Part shown: positions 38,161 to 46,989 of the stretch, piece after piece
How positions within the stretch are numbered: the stretch's first letter is position 1
Layout of the letters: every line of letters begins with the position of its first letter
From: an uncultured Acidobacteriaceae bacterium
Lineage (GTDB): Bacteria > Acidobacteriota > Terriglobia > Terriglobales > Acidobacteriaceae
Assembly: GCA_964407505.1 (NCBI GenBank)
Contig: CAYOVU010000162.1
Coordinates: 27,247 to 91,246, forward strand
Length of the DNA stretch: 64,000 bases
Reading direction: 5' to 3'
The notes under the pieces: model-generated
The model's input: the letters and a program-made list of their open reading frames with translations, nothing else
What the model was told of the DNA's origin: nothing
The model's database searches: none
Made by a program: the position numbers and the translations under genes

Positions 38161-39618
38161 CTAGTCGTGCGATGCTGAGGGCTTTCCCGGCCCCAGCAAC
38201 GCATGGCCCGGCAACGCATCTGGCACGATCTTTCCTTCGTCGACAACTACGGTTCCCCCCACCACCAAATAGCGCACGCCCACACTTGGCTCCATGGGCT
38301 TCGCGAACGTGGAGCGGTCGGTGATCGTTCCAGCATCGAACACAACGATGTCGGCATCGGCACCCTCCTGCAATCTGCCTTTTTGCCGGGCTGCGGGAGT
38401 CGAACGCTCCAGTACCTCCGCCGACATGAGACTCATCTTTCGCAGCGCGTCCATCAGCGAAATCGTTCCCTTTTCGCGCACGTATTGGGCGAGCACACGC
38501 GAGTAGGTTCCGGCGTTGCGGGGATGACCTTCGACCCCATCGCTAGCGATCATCACCAGTGGGTGAGGGATGACTTTGTCCACGACTTCCTGCGTATTGG
38601 CGAAAATCAGCACATAGTGCGTCGTGCCTGCGTTGTGAAGTTCTTCGAAACGTTCCTTGGTGAGATGCTCGCCGGTGTCGGGAAGCACGAGGTCGCCGTA
38701 GCCGATGCCCAGCTCTTGCTGCCAGCCTGGATTGAAAAGCGCCGAGTTTATCGCGGTCATTCCCGCGATGTAGGGATAGGCTTCAGTAGTCACATCCAGG
38801 CCGCGGGCACGCGCTCCTTCGACCATGGAGAGGCACTCCAAAGCGTCGCGCAGGCAAGTGCTGTTGATGTGCACGATGTGCAACGAAGCGCCGGTGATGG
38901 CGGCCGCTCCAATCACTTCGCTGGTCGCCTCAATGGAGGAGCCGGGCTCGACGCGGCCCGCACTGCGCATGTGCGTGTAGACCGGTAGCCGACGCTCGGC
39001 GGCGAGACGGAACATGTCAATCACCTCCAGCCGTGTTGCTCCGGGCGTGTACTGTATCCCCATCCCGACGGCCAATCCGCCAGCATCAAGCTCTGTGCGC
39101 AGGCGCTGCAGTATTCGCTCGATTTGCTCTGGCGTCGCCGGCTGATCGGTTGCAGGGCCGCTCTTGGGCAGGATGTCCCCGGGCGGCAGCGGTGCTCCGA
39201 ACACCAGAGCTCGCGCCGCGGCGTGGCTGGCGGAAGTGCCATAGTGGATCAGGGAGTGGCCTTCTTTGGCTTTTAAGAATTGGGCAACGTCGGGTGCACC
39301 GATTTCCAGTTCCAGCGCGGTGGTTACACCGTCCAGCGCCTTCGCGCGCTGGCTGGCTAGATCCTGGCCATGCTGGTGCAGATCAATAAATCCCGGAGCG
39401 ACGATCAGCCCGCTAGACGGAATCACCCGGCGTCCGCTCAGGGGTTCGGACGAGATGCGGACAATCTTTCCGTTGCGGACACCGACGTTGCGCACGGCGT
39501 CCAAGCCAGTCTCGGGATCCATGACGCGCCCACCTTCGAGCACGAAATCGAACTGCTGAGCTGACGCAATGGTGGTTGATAAGGCCAGAAGAACGAGAGA
39601 GAATACCAGCTTGCGCAT
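38161..39618 (-). CDS. N-acyl-D-amino-acid deacylase (D-aminoacylase) family amidohydrolase, exported
   Basis: 485 aa. Signal peptide LLALSTTIASAQ. Metal-binding GFIDLHQHG (HxH). Overall amidohydrolase_3-like sequence. Confidence 0.75.
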   Translation of the reverse strand: MRKLVFSLVLLALSTTIASAQQFDFVLEGGRVMDPETGLDAVRNVGVRNGKIVRISSEPLSGRRVIPSSGLIVAPGFIDLHQHGQDLASQRAKALDGVTTALELEIGAPDVAQFLKAKEGHSLIHYGTSASHAAARALVFGAPLPPGDILPKSGPATDQPATPEQIERILQRLRTELDAGGLAVGMGIQYTPGATRLEVIDMFRLAAERRLPVYTHMRSAGRVEPGSSIEATSEVIGAAAITGASLHIVHINSTCLRDALECLSMVEGARARGLDVTTEAYPYIAGMTAINSALFNPGWQQELGIGYGDLVLPDTGEHLTKERFEELHNAGTTHYVLIFANTQEVVDKVIPHPLVMIASDGVEGHPRNAGTYSRVLAQYVREKGTISLMDALRKMSLMSAEVLERSTPAARQKGRLQEGADADIVVFDAGTITDRSTFAKPMEPSVGVRYLVVGGTVVVDEGKIVPDALPGHALLGPGKPSASHD

Positions 39619-39687
39619 GTTTGTTCCGCGTTTGGAGTAGCGAATGATATCAGCATGAAGCCCAGTTTTGCCGTGCTCGCCATCGCG

Positions 39688-40734
39688 TCAGCTGCGCGGA
39701 CGTGCTGTGGATCTGCGCATCACTAACTCAGGTTCGATGGCAATTTCCGCAACGTACTTCATGTGCCCCTCGATTCGGTCGAGCAATGTACGCGCCGCAA
39801 TCTCCCCCATTTTTTTCATCGGCTGTCTTACCGTCGTGAGCGGCGGACTGATGTAGGCAGAGTTCTGGATGTCATCGAAGCCCACCACCGACAAATCGTC
39901 GGGCACACGCAGGCCGGCTTCCAAAAAAGCGTGGATGGAACCAATCGCAGAAATGTCATTGTAGGCAAACAGGGCGGTAAAAGGCTGCTTACGCGCCAGC
40001 AATTGCCTGGCAAAGGGGTAGCCAAGATTCGGTGTAGGATCATCTCCTTCGAGCTGCACAATCAATTCTGGCCGCATGCCAATGCCCAGTTCTGCAGCGA
40101 CTTCGCAGATCGCGTTCCAGCGGTCGCCCGAATCTGCGCTTAGCGGTGAACCTTTCATGAACGCGATTTTTTCGTGTCCCAGGTCGGTCAGATGCTTCAG
40201 CGCGAGCCATGCGGCATGGCGGTGATCCAGAACCACATTGGTTACGCCTTTGATCCGGCGATGGCCAGCAACCGCTACGGTCGGGAGAGGAGGTTGTTCG
40301 GTCAACAACGTGTCCACTGTGATAAACCCTTCAACTCCGCGCTCCAGAAGCATCGTCGAGTACGTTGCGAGCAATGTCTTGTCGTGGCGGTGAGCCACTG
40401 TAAGAAAGAAAAAACCTTGCTCTCGAAGATACCGTTCCATCCCGCTAATGACGACAGAGCCGTACGCATCGCCGACTTCCGCCACGATCACTCCAATCGT
40501 GTAAGTCCGCTTGACGCGAAGAGAGCGGGCAAAAAAATTGGGCCGATAGTTGAGGTCGCGTGCTGCCGCCAAAATTCTGTTTTTTGTACGCTCCGGAACC
40601 GAATGCGAAGCTGAGGAGTTGTTCAGAACGGCCGAAACGGTGCTGGCAGTGAGCCCGACGCTTTCTGCGACAGACCGCAGCGTCACAGCCGGCTTGGCGC
40701 TTCGATCAGCCTTCCTTTTGTTATGAACTGTCAT
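39688..40734 (-). CDS. LacI-family transcriptional regulator
   Basis: N-terminal HTH VTLRSVAESVGLTASTVSAVLNN followed by a periplasmic-binding-protein-like effector domain. Confidence 0.9.
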   Translation of the reverse strand: MTVHNKRKADRSAKPAVTLRSVAESVGLTASTVSAVLNNSSASHSVPERTKNRILAAARDLNYRPNFFARSLRVKRTYTIGVIVAEVGDAYGSVVISGMERYLREQGFFFLTVAHRHDKTLLATYSTMLLERGVEGFITVDTLLTEQPPLPTVAVAGHRRIKGVTNVVLDHRHAAWLALKHLTDLGHEKIAFMKGSPLSADSGDRWNAICEVAAELGIGMRPELIVQLEGDDPTPNLGYPFARQLLARKQPFTALFAYNDISAIGSIHAFLEAGLRVPDDLSVVGFDDIQNSAYISPPLTTVRQPMKKMGEIAARTLLDRIEGHMKYVAEIAIEPELVMRRSTARPRS

Positions 40735-40867
40735 TGCGCAAATTCGCGGACTTCGCGCCGGCCGTGCGTCGCCGCGGGGGTTCGATTCTCCCTGCGTCCG
40801 ACTCCCGGATTGTATCTCACTGCGAGCGGCGGCCGGACGGCAGAGCCGATATCACCGCGTCCTCAAG

Positions 40868-40879
40868 AATATCGATATT
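40868..40879. promoter_or_regulatory. candidate LacI-type operator
   Basis: Perfect 12-bp palindrome AATATCGATATT with a central CG. It lies in the divergent lacI / TonB-receptor intergenic region, 6 nt upstream of a TTGACA hexamer. Confidence 0.3.
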
Positions 40880-41100
40880 TTTGTCTTGACAACGAAAGGC
40901 GTTTGGGGCTAAACCTTTCGTGCAGAGTGGAATAGTACAGAAGTACTAGCTGAAAGGCCAGTAAAAGAACGATATTCTTAATCGCCTTCGCATCTCAGGC
41001 GATTTTTGGCAGGAATGGCGTACGGCTGGGGAAATCTGATCTTGCTATGTCAAAAACCCGTCTCTGTGGACGGGACCAACTTCTAGCGTGGGGGAACTCC

Positions 41101-44100
41101 ATGATGAGATTCATTCGCTGGTCGCTCGCCTTGTGTCTTCTGCTGTTCGTGTCAGCATCAGCATTTTCACAAAGTAGAAACACCGGCGAGATTCGCGGCA
41201 CGGTGTCGGCTGGGGGAGCCGTGGTGCCAGGTGTAACCGTCACGCTCACCAATAGAGACACGGGGGAAACGAAGGATTTCGTCACCAACAAAGACGGCAT
41301 CTACGACACGGTTTCGACGCCGGCGGGAAACTACACCATCAGCTTTACGGCCAAGGGATTCAAGAAGCTGGTGCGCGGTCCTATCCCGCTGCAGGTGGAC
41401 GTGATCACTGAGGACGCCGCTCTGGAAGTTGGCTCGATAACGGAAACGGTGACGGTGGAAGCCGAAGGCGCGCCGCTTGTCGAGACCGAAACCGGCCAGC
41501 AGGGTTCCATTATGGAATTCAAAACCATTTCAGAACTGCCCCAGTCGGGGGGCGGGATCACCGGCGCAGACTGGGCTTCTTTCAACATCTATCTGCCGGG
41601 CGCTGGAGGCACTACGAACGGGCGGACCTCGCAGGCCGGGGGTGCCTGGAATGCCGGCGACGCGGTTTCCATCAACGGCAACCTGCCGAACTTCGGCAAC
41701 TTCCTTCAGGACGGGGCCAGCACCTTACTGCCGGCGAGCTACAACAACGACGATGAGATCTTCGAGAGCATTCAGGAGGTTCAGATCAACACCTCTTCCT
41801 TCTCGGCGCAATACGGCATGGGCGGCGTCATGTTCAACCAGATCAGCAAGAGTGGAACCAACGGTTGGCATGGGTCCGGTTATGAGTTTTTCTCGCAGAG
41901 CTTTCTAAATGCCAACACTTATTTCAACAATCAGCAGCCTAAGTTGATTACAAACGCCCTGAACCCCACGGGCCCGGAAATTCCTAACCCTGCGGCGCAA
42001 GTGCCGTATTTGCGGTACGACCAGTTTGGCGCCTCCATCGGTGGGCCTATTATCAAGAACAAACTCTTTTTCTTCTTCGACATAGACAGGATCGTCAATA
42101 ACACCGTGGTGAACAACGGGATTAACGACTTTGCCACCGTTCCTACGGCCGCTATGGAGAAGGGTGATTTTACCGGCATGTACCCCATTTATGACCCGCT
42201 CACCACAACCGGGTCGGGGGCGACATTGAGCCGGACGCAGTTCCCCAATAACATGATCCCGGCGAACCGGATCGACCCCGTGGCGGCGGCCATTATGGCT
42301 TCCAAGTATGGCTGGCCCACCGCAGCGCAAGGGACAGGAACATGCGCGGCCCCTCCGGACCAGAACGACTGCACAAGTAACTACTACAACGCGCCTAAAA
42401 CTCCCGCCCCGGTTCACCGATATTTTGGGCGGTTGGACTACGACCTGAGCGCGAAGCACCGCATCATGTTCTCAATCAGCCAGAAGGATAACCCCGGGGT
42501 CGACAACGGCCTGTTCCCCTGCCCGCTGAATTGCGGTAGCGGGGACGTGGACGGTTGGAACACGCAGGTCACCGAAACGTGGACGATCAGTCCGACGATC
42601 GTCAACGAAATCCGGATGGGTTATACCAAGCAAGGCAACTGGTTCCAATCCCAGTCCCTCGGGTTGAACCCCGCAACGGCATTCGGCCTGCAAGGTACCC
42701 ATTTTAACCAATTCCCCTTCATTGGCAACTCAAGCATTTATGGTCAATTCGGCGGCCCGGATAACGTAAGCGTCTTGTCGCCCGCCACGGACGCCATTTA
42801 CATCGAGAACTCGTTTGACCCCTCCGAAATGGTGACGCTAGTCAAGGGCAAGCACGTTCTGCATTTTGGGATTGAGGTGTTGATGGCCGAGGGCAACACC
42901 ACGGCCTGGGGCTCCAACAGCGCCGGCAACTACGGTTTCACCGGACAATACACCGCAGGCACAACCTGCACGCCGGCAAACGGAACAACGCCAGCAACCT
43001 GTACGCTGAATACCGGAACCTCGGGCTCGGGCTTCGCGGATTTCCTGCTCGGCAACATCCAGTCCTGGTCCGCGCAGAACGAGAACGCGACCGGAATGCG
43101 GCTGAAGAGCCCGCAGGCCTTCGCTCAGGACGACTGGAAGATCAAGCCCAATCTCACCCTCAACCTCGGCTTGCGCTGGGAGGGGAACACGGGCATGAGC
43201 GAGCAATCGAATCGCCTTGGCGATTTCGACCAGAATCTCATCAATACCGTCGGCCCCTTCGCAGGCACCCCGGGCTCGATATGGATTGCCCCTCAGGATA
43301 ACCGAACGACCTTGCAGAAGCCGGTTTGGAACATCTTCCTCCCTCGGGTAGGCTTCGCCTGGTCGGCCAGGGACAACACCGTCATACGAGGCGGTATAGG
43401 GTTCTTTGCCTATAACTACAGCATGGATCTCTATGGTGGTGAGGGCGGTGGGCAAATGGGTTTCGGCAATACCTCTCAGGGCAACATCAGCGACCCTCTC
43501 AGTGCCGCCGGGGACACGGGCTGGATTTCCGGCACCGGCAACACTACCCCGCTCTATTTAAGCTCGAGCGCTGCGATGATGGCCAAAGCCCTGCCTTACG
43601 TTCAGGGCTCGAAGAACCCGGCGTCCTACACCACCAATCCCGTCTTTAGTCCACCTTACGAACCCTATAACATCAGGCCGGGAGAGATCTGGGAATGGAA
43701 CCTCTCCATTGAGCGCCAGTTCGCCAGGGACTTTGCGGTGTCGGCCGCTTACGTCGGCAGTCACGGGGCGAATCTGCAATACGTCACCGACCTGAACCAA
43801 ATCACCAACCCGGCCCTGCTGGCCTCGAACGATATATCGGCCTGCAACGGGGCAACACCCGCAACACCCACATCAGCATCCGCGAACGCCCCCATCCAAC
43901 CTTGCGCGCGCCCCTATCCGGCGTTTGGAAGCCTTTCCGGCTCAAACTTCAACAGCATCTCCAACTACAATTCGTTGCAACTCGACGTGCGGAAGCGTTA
44001 TACCCGAGGGCTGACCTTCGATGTCAACTATGCCTGGTCGCATTTCCTGGATGACCAGGACTCGGCCGGATGGGGCAGCACGGCCGGGGCTCAGGCTTGG

Positions 44101-44748
44101 CAAATCGGAAACAATCCCTCCGCTAACTACGGCAACTCGAACTTCGACATCCCGCAAGCGCTCAAAGGGACTGCGGTATACGAACTGCCGTTTGGCATAG
44201 GCAAGCCCTATATGAACCAGAATGCTATCACTGACGCTGTGCTTGGCGGGTGGAGCCTCTCGGGGACGCTTATCTACCAGAGCGGCACTCCGTTCACGGT
44301 GCAGGACAAGGGTGATAACGACTATTCGCAGGCCGGCACTGCGTATGCCAACCCCATTCCAGGTGTGAACCCCTTTTCAGGCACCTGCACCATTAACGGC
44401 GTGGCTGTACCCACACACACAGTGACCTGCTGGTTCAACCCGGCAGCCTTTGAGACCCCAGCCGAGCAGGGCAACGGGGCGTTCGGGTATGGACGCAGAA
44501 ACACGCTCTTCGGGCCAAAACTGTCTGATATTAACCTGTCTCTGGCGAAGACCTGGCATTACAAGGAACGAGCCGGGCTCACACTTCGCGCAGACTTCGT
44601 TAACGTCATGAACCATCCGAGCTTCTCACTACCGGACACTGGCGGACCTAACGGCAATCCTGACGTGAGTAGTTCGGGCGCGGCCACTATCACGCAACTC
44701 GCGAACGGGCCACGTACGATCCAACTGGGCGCGCGGCTATCCTTCTAA
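41101..44748 (+). CDS. TonB-dependent receptor with carboxypeptidase-regulatory-like domain
   Basis: Signal peptide MMRFIRWSLALCLLLFVSASAFSQ. CarboxypepD_reg-like GTVSAGGAVVPGVTVTLTNRDTGETKDFVTNKDGIYDTVSTPAGNYTISF. Ends ARLSF. Confidence 0.85.
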   Translation: MMRFIRWSLALCLLLFVSASAFSQSRNTGEIRGTVSAGGAVVPGVTVTLTNRDTGETKDFVTNKDGIYDTVSTPAGNYTISFTAKGFKKLVRGPIPLQVDVITEDAALEVGSITETVTVEAEGAPLVETETGQQGSIMEFKTISELPQSGGGITGADWASFNIYLPGAGGTTNGRTSQAGGAWNAGDAVSINGNLPNFGNFLQDGASTLLPASYNNDDEIFESIQEVQINTSSFSAQYGMGGVMFNQISKSGTNGWHGSGYEFFSQSFLNANTYFNNQQPKLITNALNPTGPEIPNPAAQVPYLRYDQFGASIGGPIIKNKLFFFFDIDRIVNNTVVNNGINDFATVPTAAMEKGDFTGMYPIYDPLTTTGSGATLSRTQFPNNMIPANRIDPVAAAIMASKYGWPTAAQGTGTCAAPPDQNDCTSNYYNAPKTPAPVHRYFGRLDYDLSAKHRIMFSISQKDNPGVDNGLFPCPLNCGSGDVDGWNTQVTETWTISPTIVNEIRMGYTKQGNWFQSQSLGLNPATAFGLQGTHFNQFPFIGNSSIYGQFGGPDNVSVLSPATDAIYIENSFDPSEMVTLVKGKHVLHFGIEVLMAEGNTTAWGSNSAGNYGFTGQYTAGTTCTPANGTTPATCTLNTGTSGSGFADFLLGNIQSWSAQNENATGMRLKSPQAFAQDDWKIKPNLTLNLGLRWEGNTGMSEQSNRLGDFDQNLINTVGPFAGTPGSIWIAPQDNRTTLQKPVWNIFLPRVGFAWSARDNTVIRGGIGFFAYNYSMDLYGGEGGGQMGFGNTSQGNISDPLSAAGDTGWISGTGNTTPLYLSSSAAMMAKALPYVQGSKNPASYTTNPVFSPPYEPYNIRPGEIWEWNLSIERQFARDFAVSAAYVGSHGANLQYVTDLNQITNPALLASNDISACNGATPATPTSASANAPIQPCARPYPAFGSLSGSNFNSISNYNSLQLDVRKRYTRGLTFDVNYAWSHFLDDQDSAGWGSTAGAQAWQIGNNPSANYGNSNFDIPQALKGTAVYELPFGIGKPYMNQNAITDAVLGGWSLSGTLIYQSGTPFTVQDKGDNDYSQAGTAYANPIPGVNPFSGTCTINGVAVPTHTVTCWFNPAAFETPAEQGNGAFGYGRRNTLFGPKLSDINLSLAKTWHYKERAGLTLRADFVNVMNHPSFSLPDTGGPNGNPDVSSSGAATITQLANGPRTIQLGARLSF

Positions 44749-44768
44749 CGGCGCTCGCGTAACCAAGA

Positions 44769-44792
44769 AGGACGGCGGCATGCCGCCGTCCT
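44769..44792 (+). terminator. GC-rich palindromic hairpin after the TonB-receptor stop
   Basis: AGGACGGCGG-CATG-CCGCCGTCCT, 21 nt after the stop at 44748. No U-tract. Confidence 0.4.
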
Positions 44793-44846
44793 CAGCTCTA
44801 CGCGGGAAGAACGAGAGATACGTCTTGTCCGCCGTACAATCGGGAC

Positions 44847-46043
44847 ATGAGGACAAAACAGGTCGTGGCCTTGTTCTGGGTGGTTCTCTGTCTGGAGTTG
44901 CTGTCTGTTTCTCAATCTAGCCCCAGCCGCCAGCAACAGATCGAATCACACAACCGCAAGGCTGCAGAATATCTGAAAGAGAACAGACCCGATCTGGCGA
45001 TACTGGAATTTAGAGCCATTGTTGCCCTCGATCCGAATAACGTGGATGCCCGTGGCAACCTGGGCACGCTGCTGTTCTTCCAGGGAGACCATACGAATGC
45101 GATTCCACAGCTCCGCGCTGCGCTGAAACTGCGACCTACCTTGTGGAAGACGCAATCTCTTCTGGGCATCGCTGAGAAACGCACGGGCGACATCATCCGG
45201 GCTCGCGGCGACTTGGAAAAAGCGTTTCCAAACGTGCAGGAAGAGAAGATTCGGATCGAGACTGGGATGGAGCTGATCGAAATCGACTCCGGGACGGGCG
45301 ATCTGGATAAGGCTGCGGTCATCGTGAATGATCTTCGAAAGCTCGAGCCCACAAATGAGGCTGTTCTCTACACCGCGTACCGAATCTATTCCGATCTTGC
45401 CAATGAGTCGCTGCTGAGCTTGTCCGTGGTGGACCCGAATTCTGCCCGAATGCAACAGGCGATGGCGCACGAACTGGCGAAGCGGGGGAATACGGCGGAA
45501 GCGATCGAGCACTATCGGGCCGCACTCAAAATCGACCCGCGCCTTCCGGGACTCCATTTCGAACTTGCTGATATGCTCGGCACTTTGTCAACTGCCGAGG
45601 GCCGGAAAGAGGCCGAAAGCGAGTACAGAGCGGCCTTGCAGGCCAATCCTTTAGACGAGCAAGCGGAATGCAAGCTCGGCGATATCGCTCTTCAGAGAGA
45701 CGACTTGAAGGAAGCGAATGAACATTACACTCGCGCCCTGCAGTTGCAGCCGAACGATCCAGAAGCCAGCATTGGCATGGCAAAGGTTCTTATGACGATG
45801 GATCAACCGCAAAAAGCTGAGCAGCTTCTACAGCATGCTCTCCAGCTCGATCCAACCAGTGCTGTGGCTCACTTCCGTCTGAGCACCGTATACCGGCAAA
45901 CAGGACGCACCGCTGAGGCCAAACACGAATTAGAGGAATACCAAAAATACAAACAGATGAAGGACAAACTCCGCGAGATTTATCACGACTTGCATCAGCA
46001 GCAAGGCACCGACGAAAACGATGTAGCGAATCCAAAGAAATAG
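44847..46043 (+). CDS. exported tetratricopeptide-repeat (TPR) protein
   Basis: 398 aa. N-terminal hydrophobic signal. Repeated 34-aa TPR units (AIEHYRAALKIDPRLPGLHFELADML, ANEHYTRALQLQPNDPEASIGMAKVL, etc.). Confidence 0.85.
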   Translation: MRTKQVVALFWVVLCLELLSVSQSSPSRQQQIESHNRKAAEYLKENRPDLAILEFRAIVALDPNNVDARGNLGTLLFFQGDHTNAIPQLRAALKLRPTLWKTQSLLGIAEKRTGDIIRARGDLEKAFPNVQEEKIRIETGMELIEIDSGTGDLDKAAVIVNDLRKLEPTNEAVLYTAYRIYSDLANESLLSLSVVDPNSARMQQAMAHELAKRGNTAEAIEHYRAALKIDPRLPGLHFELADMLGTLSTAEGRKEAESEYRAALQANPLDEQAECKLGDIALQRDDLKEANEHYTRALQLQPNDPEASIGMAKVLMTMDQPQKAEQLLQHALQLDPTSAVAHFRLSTVYRQTGRTAEAKHELEEYQKYKQMKDKLREIYHDLHQQQGTDENDVANPKK

Positions 46044-46989
46044 TCAAGAGAAACGAGGTCGTTGGACGACACCAGCAATCTCAGGATTGCTTTGTCTCAG
46101 AGAACATCACGATTATGAAGACACTTCTTGCGGCTTCGATATTGTCATCGGTTGTTCCACTGATTGCTGTTCTTACTATCCCGGCCGCCCCGGGGATCCC
46201 AAAGTAATTTATCTGACGCAGGATAATTTCCTGTGAATTCGGCGATGGGGTAGGACTTCGTTGGGAGAAACCCAGAAACGCTATCACGAACGGAGTCTAG
46301 CTGCAAAAGTTTTCGTGTACGGATACGAACAAATAGATAGTGCTTTCTCGGTTAATCGCAGGCTCGAGCAATAGCTTTTATCGACGAGGGTTTGGAATCC
46401 AAAGGGATATCCCAAGAGAGCCAAGAACACTAAAACGTTTCTGGTCGAAGCTCTGAACGAGAAAATCGTAGCCAACGAAATGAAGAGCGTATAGCAATCA
46501 CAAGAAATGCAAGCGGGCATGAGCACGTTCCAATAGGGTGGCTGACAGTGGCACCGTTCGTTATCTCTTTGCCTGAATCAGTAACCGCACGCAAACAGTT
46601 GACGGAGATTTTCCAAACGATTACGAGCGTGTCTCGCTAAACGGGAAGCTGCGGGTTCCTGCGAACGGCTTACGCTCCTTTGAGCTTCGCTTGCGGCATG
46701 GTTTTGGGATTCGTTCCTCGTTCTCCCTGTAACTCTGTTTGTATATTTATGGAGGAATGATCTCATCACCTGAATCCCTCTCTTACTTCAGCCGAAACCG
46801 ACCGGAACAAACAACGCTATGCCATAAACGGAAAGCCAATTCTCACGATCGGTCCCCCGCGCGGCGTTCCCCTTCCTCCTCACCCTGCGAAAGCAACTTC
46901 TCATTCAAAGTTGAAATACTCTCTACTTAGATTATTTCCGACAAGAAACGTTTGAGCAGGGAAGCGCACTATCCTGCATGGAGTAAGGC

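Noticed and set aside
40768-40800. tRNA-like T-arm motif GGGGG-TTCGATT-CTCCC in the lacI upstream region.
   Set aside because: I could not build an acceptor stem, D-arm or anticodon arm from the flanking sequence. Only about 35 nt are available before the lacI start codon. I treat it as a fortuitous hairpin. A tRNA-fragment att scar cannot be excluded without a tRNAscan or BLAST search.
46081-46526. Minus-strand ORFs of 68 and 80 aa, and a 30-aa plus-strand signal-peptide-like ORF (46115), in the leader of the Tc locus.
   Set aside because: They have no SD and odd Cys/Phe/Ser-rich composition, and no motif. They are more likely chance ORFs in A/T-rich DNA.
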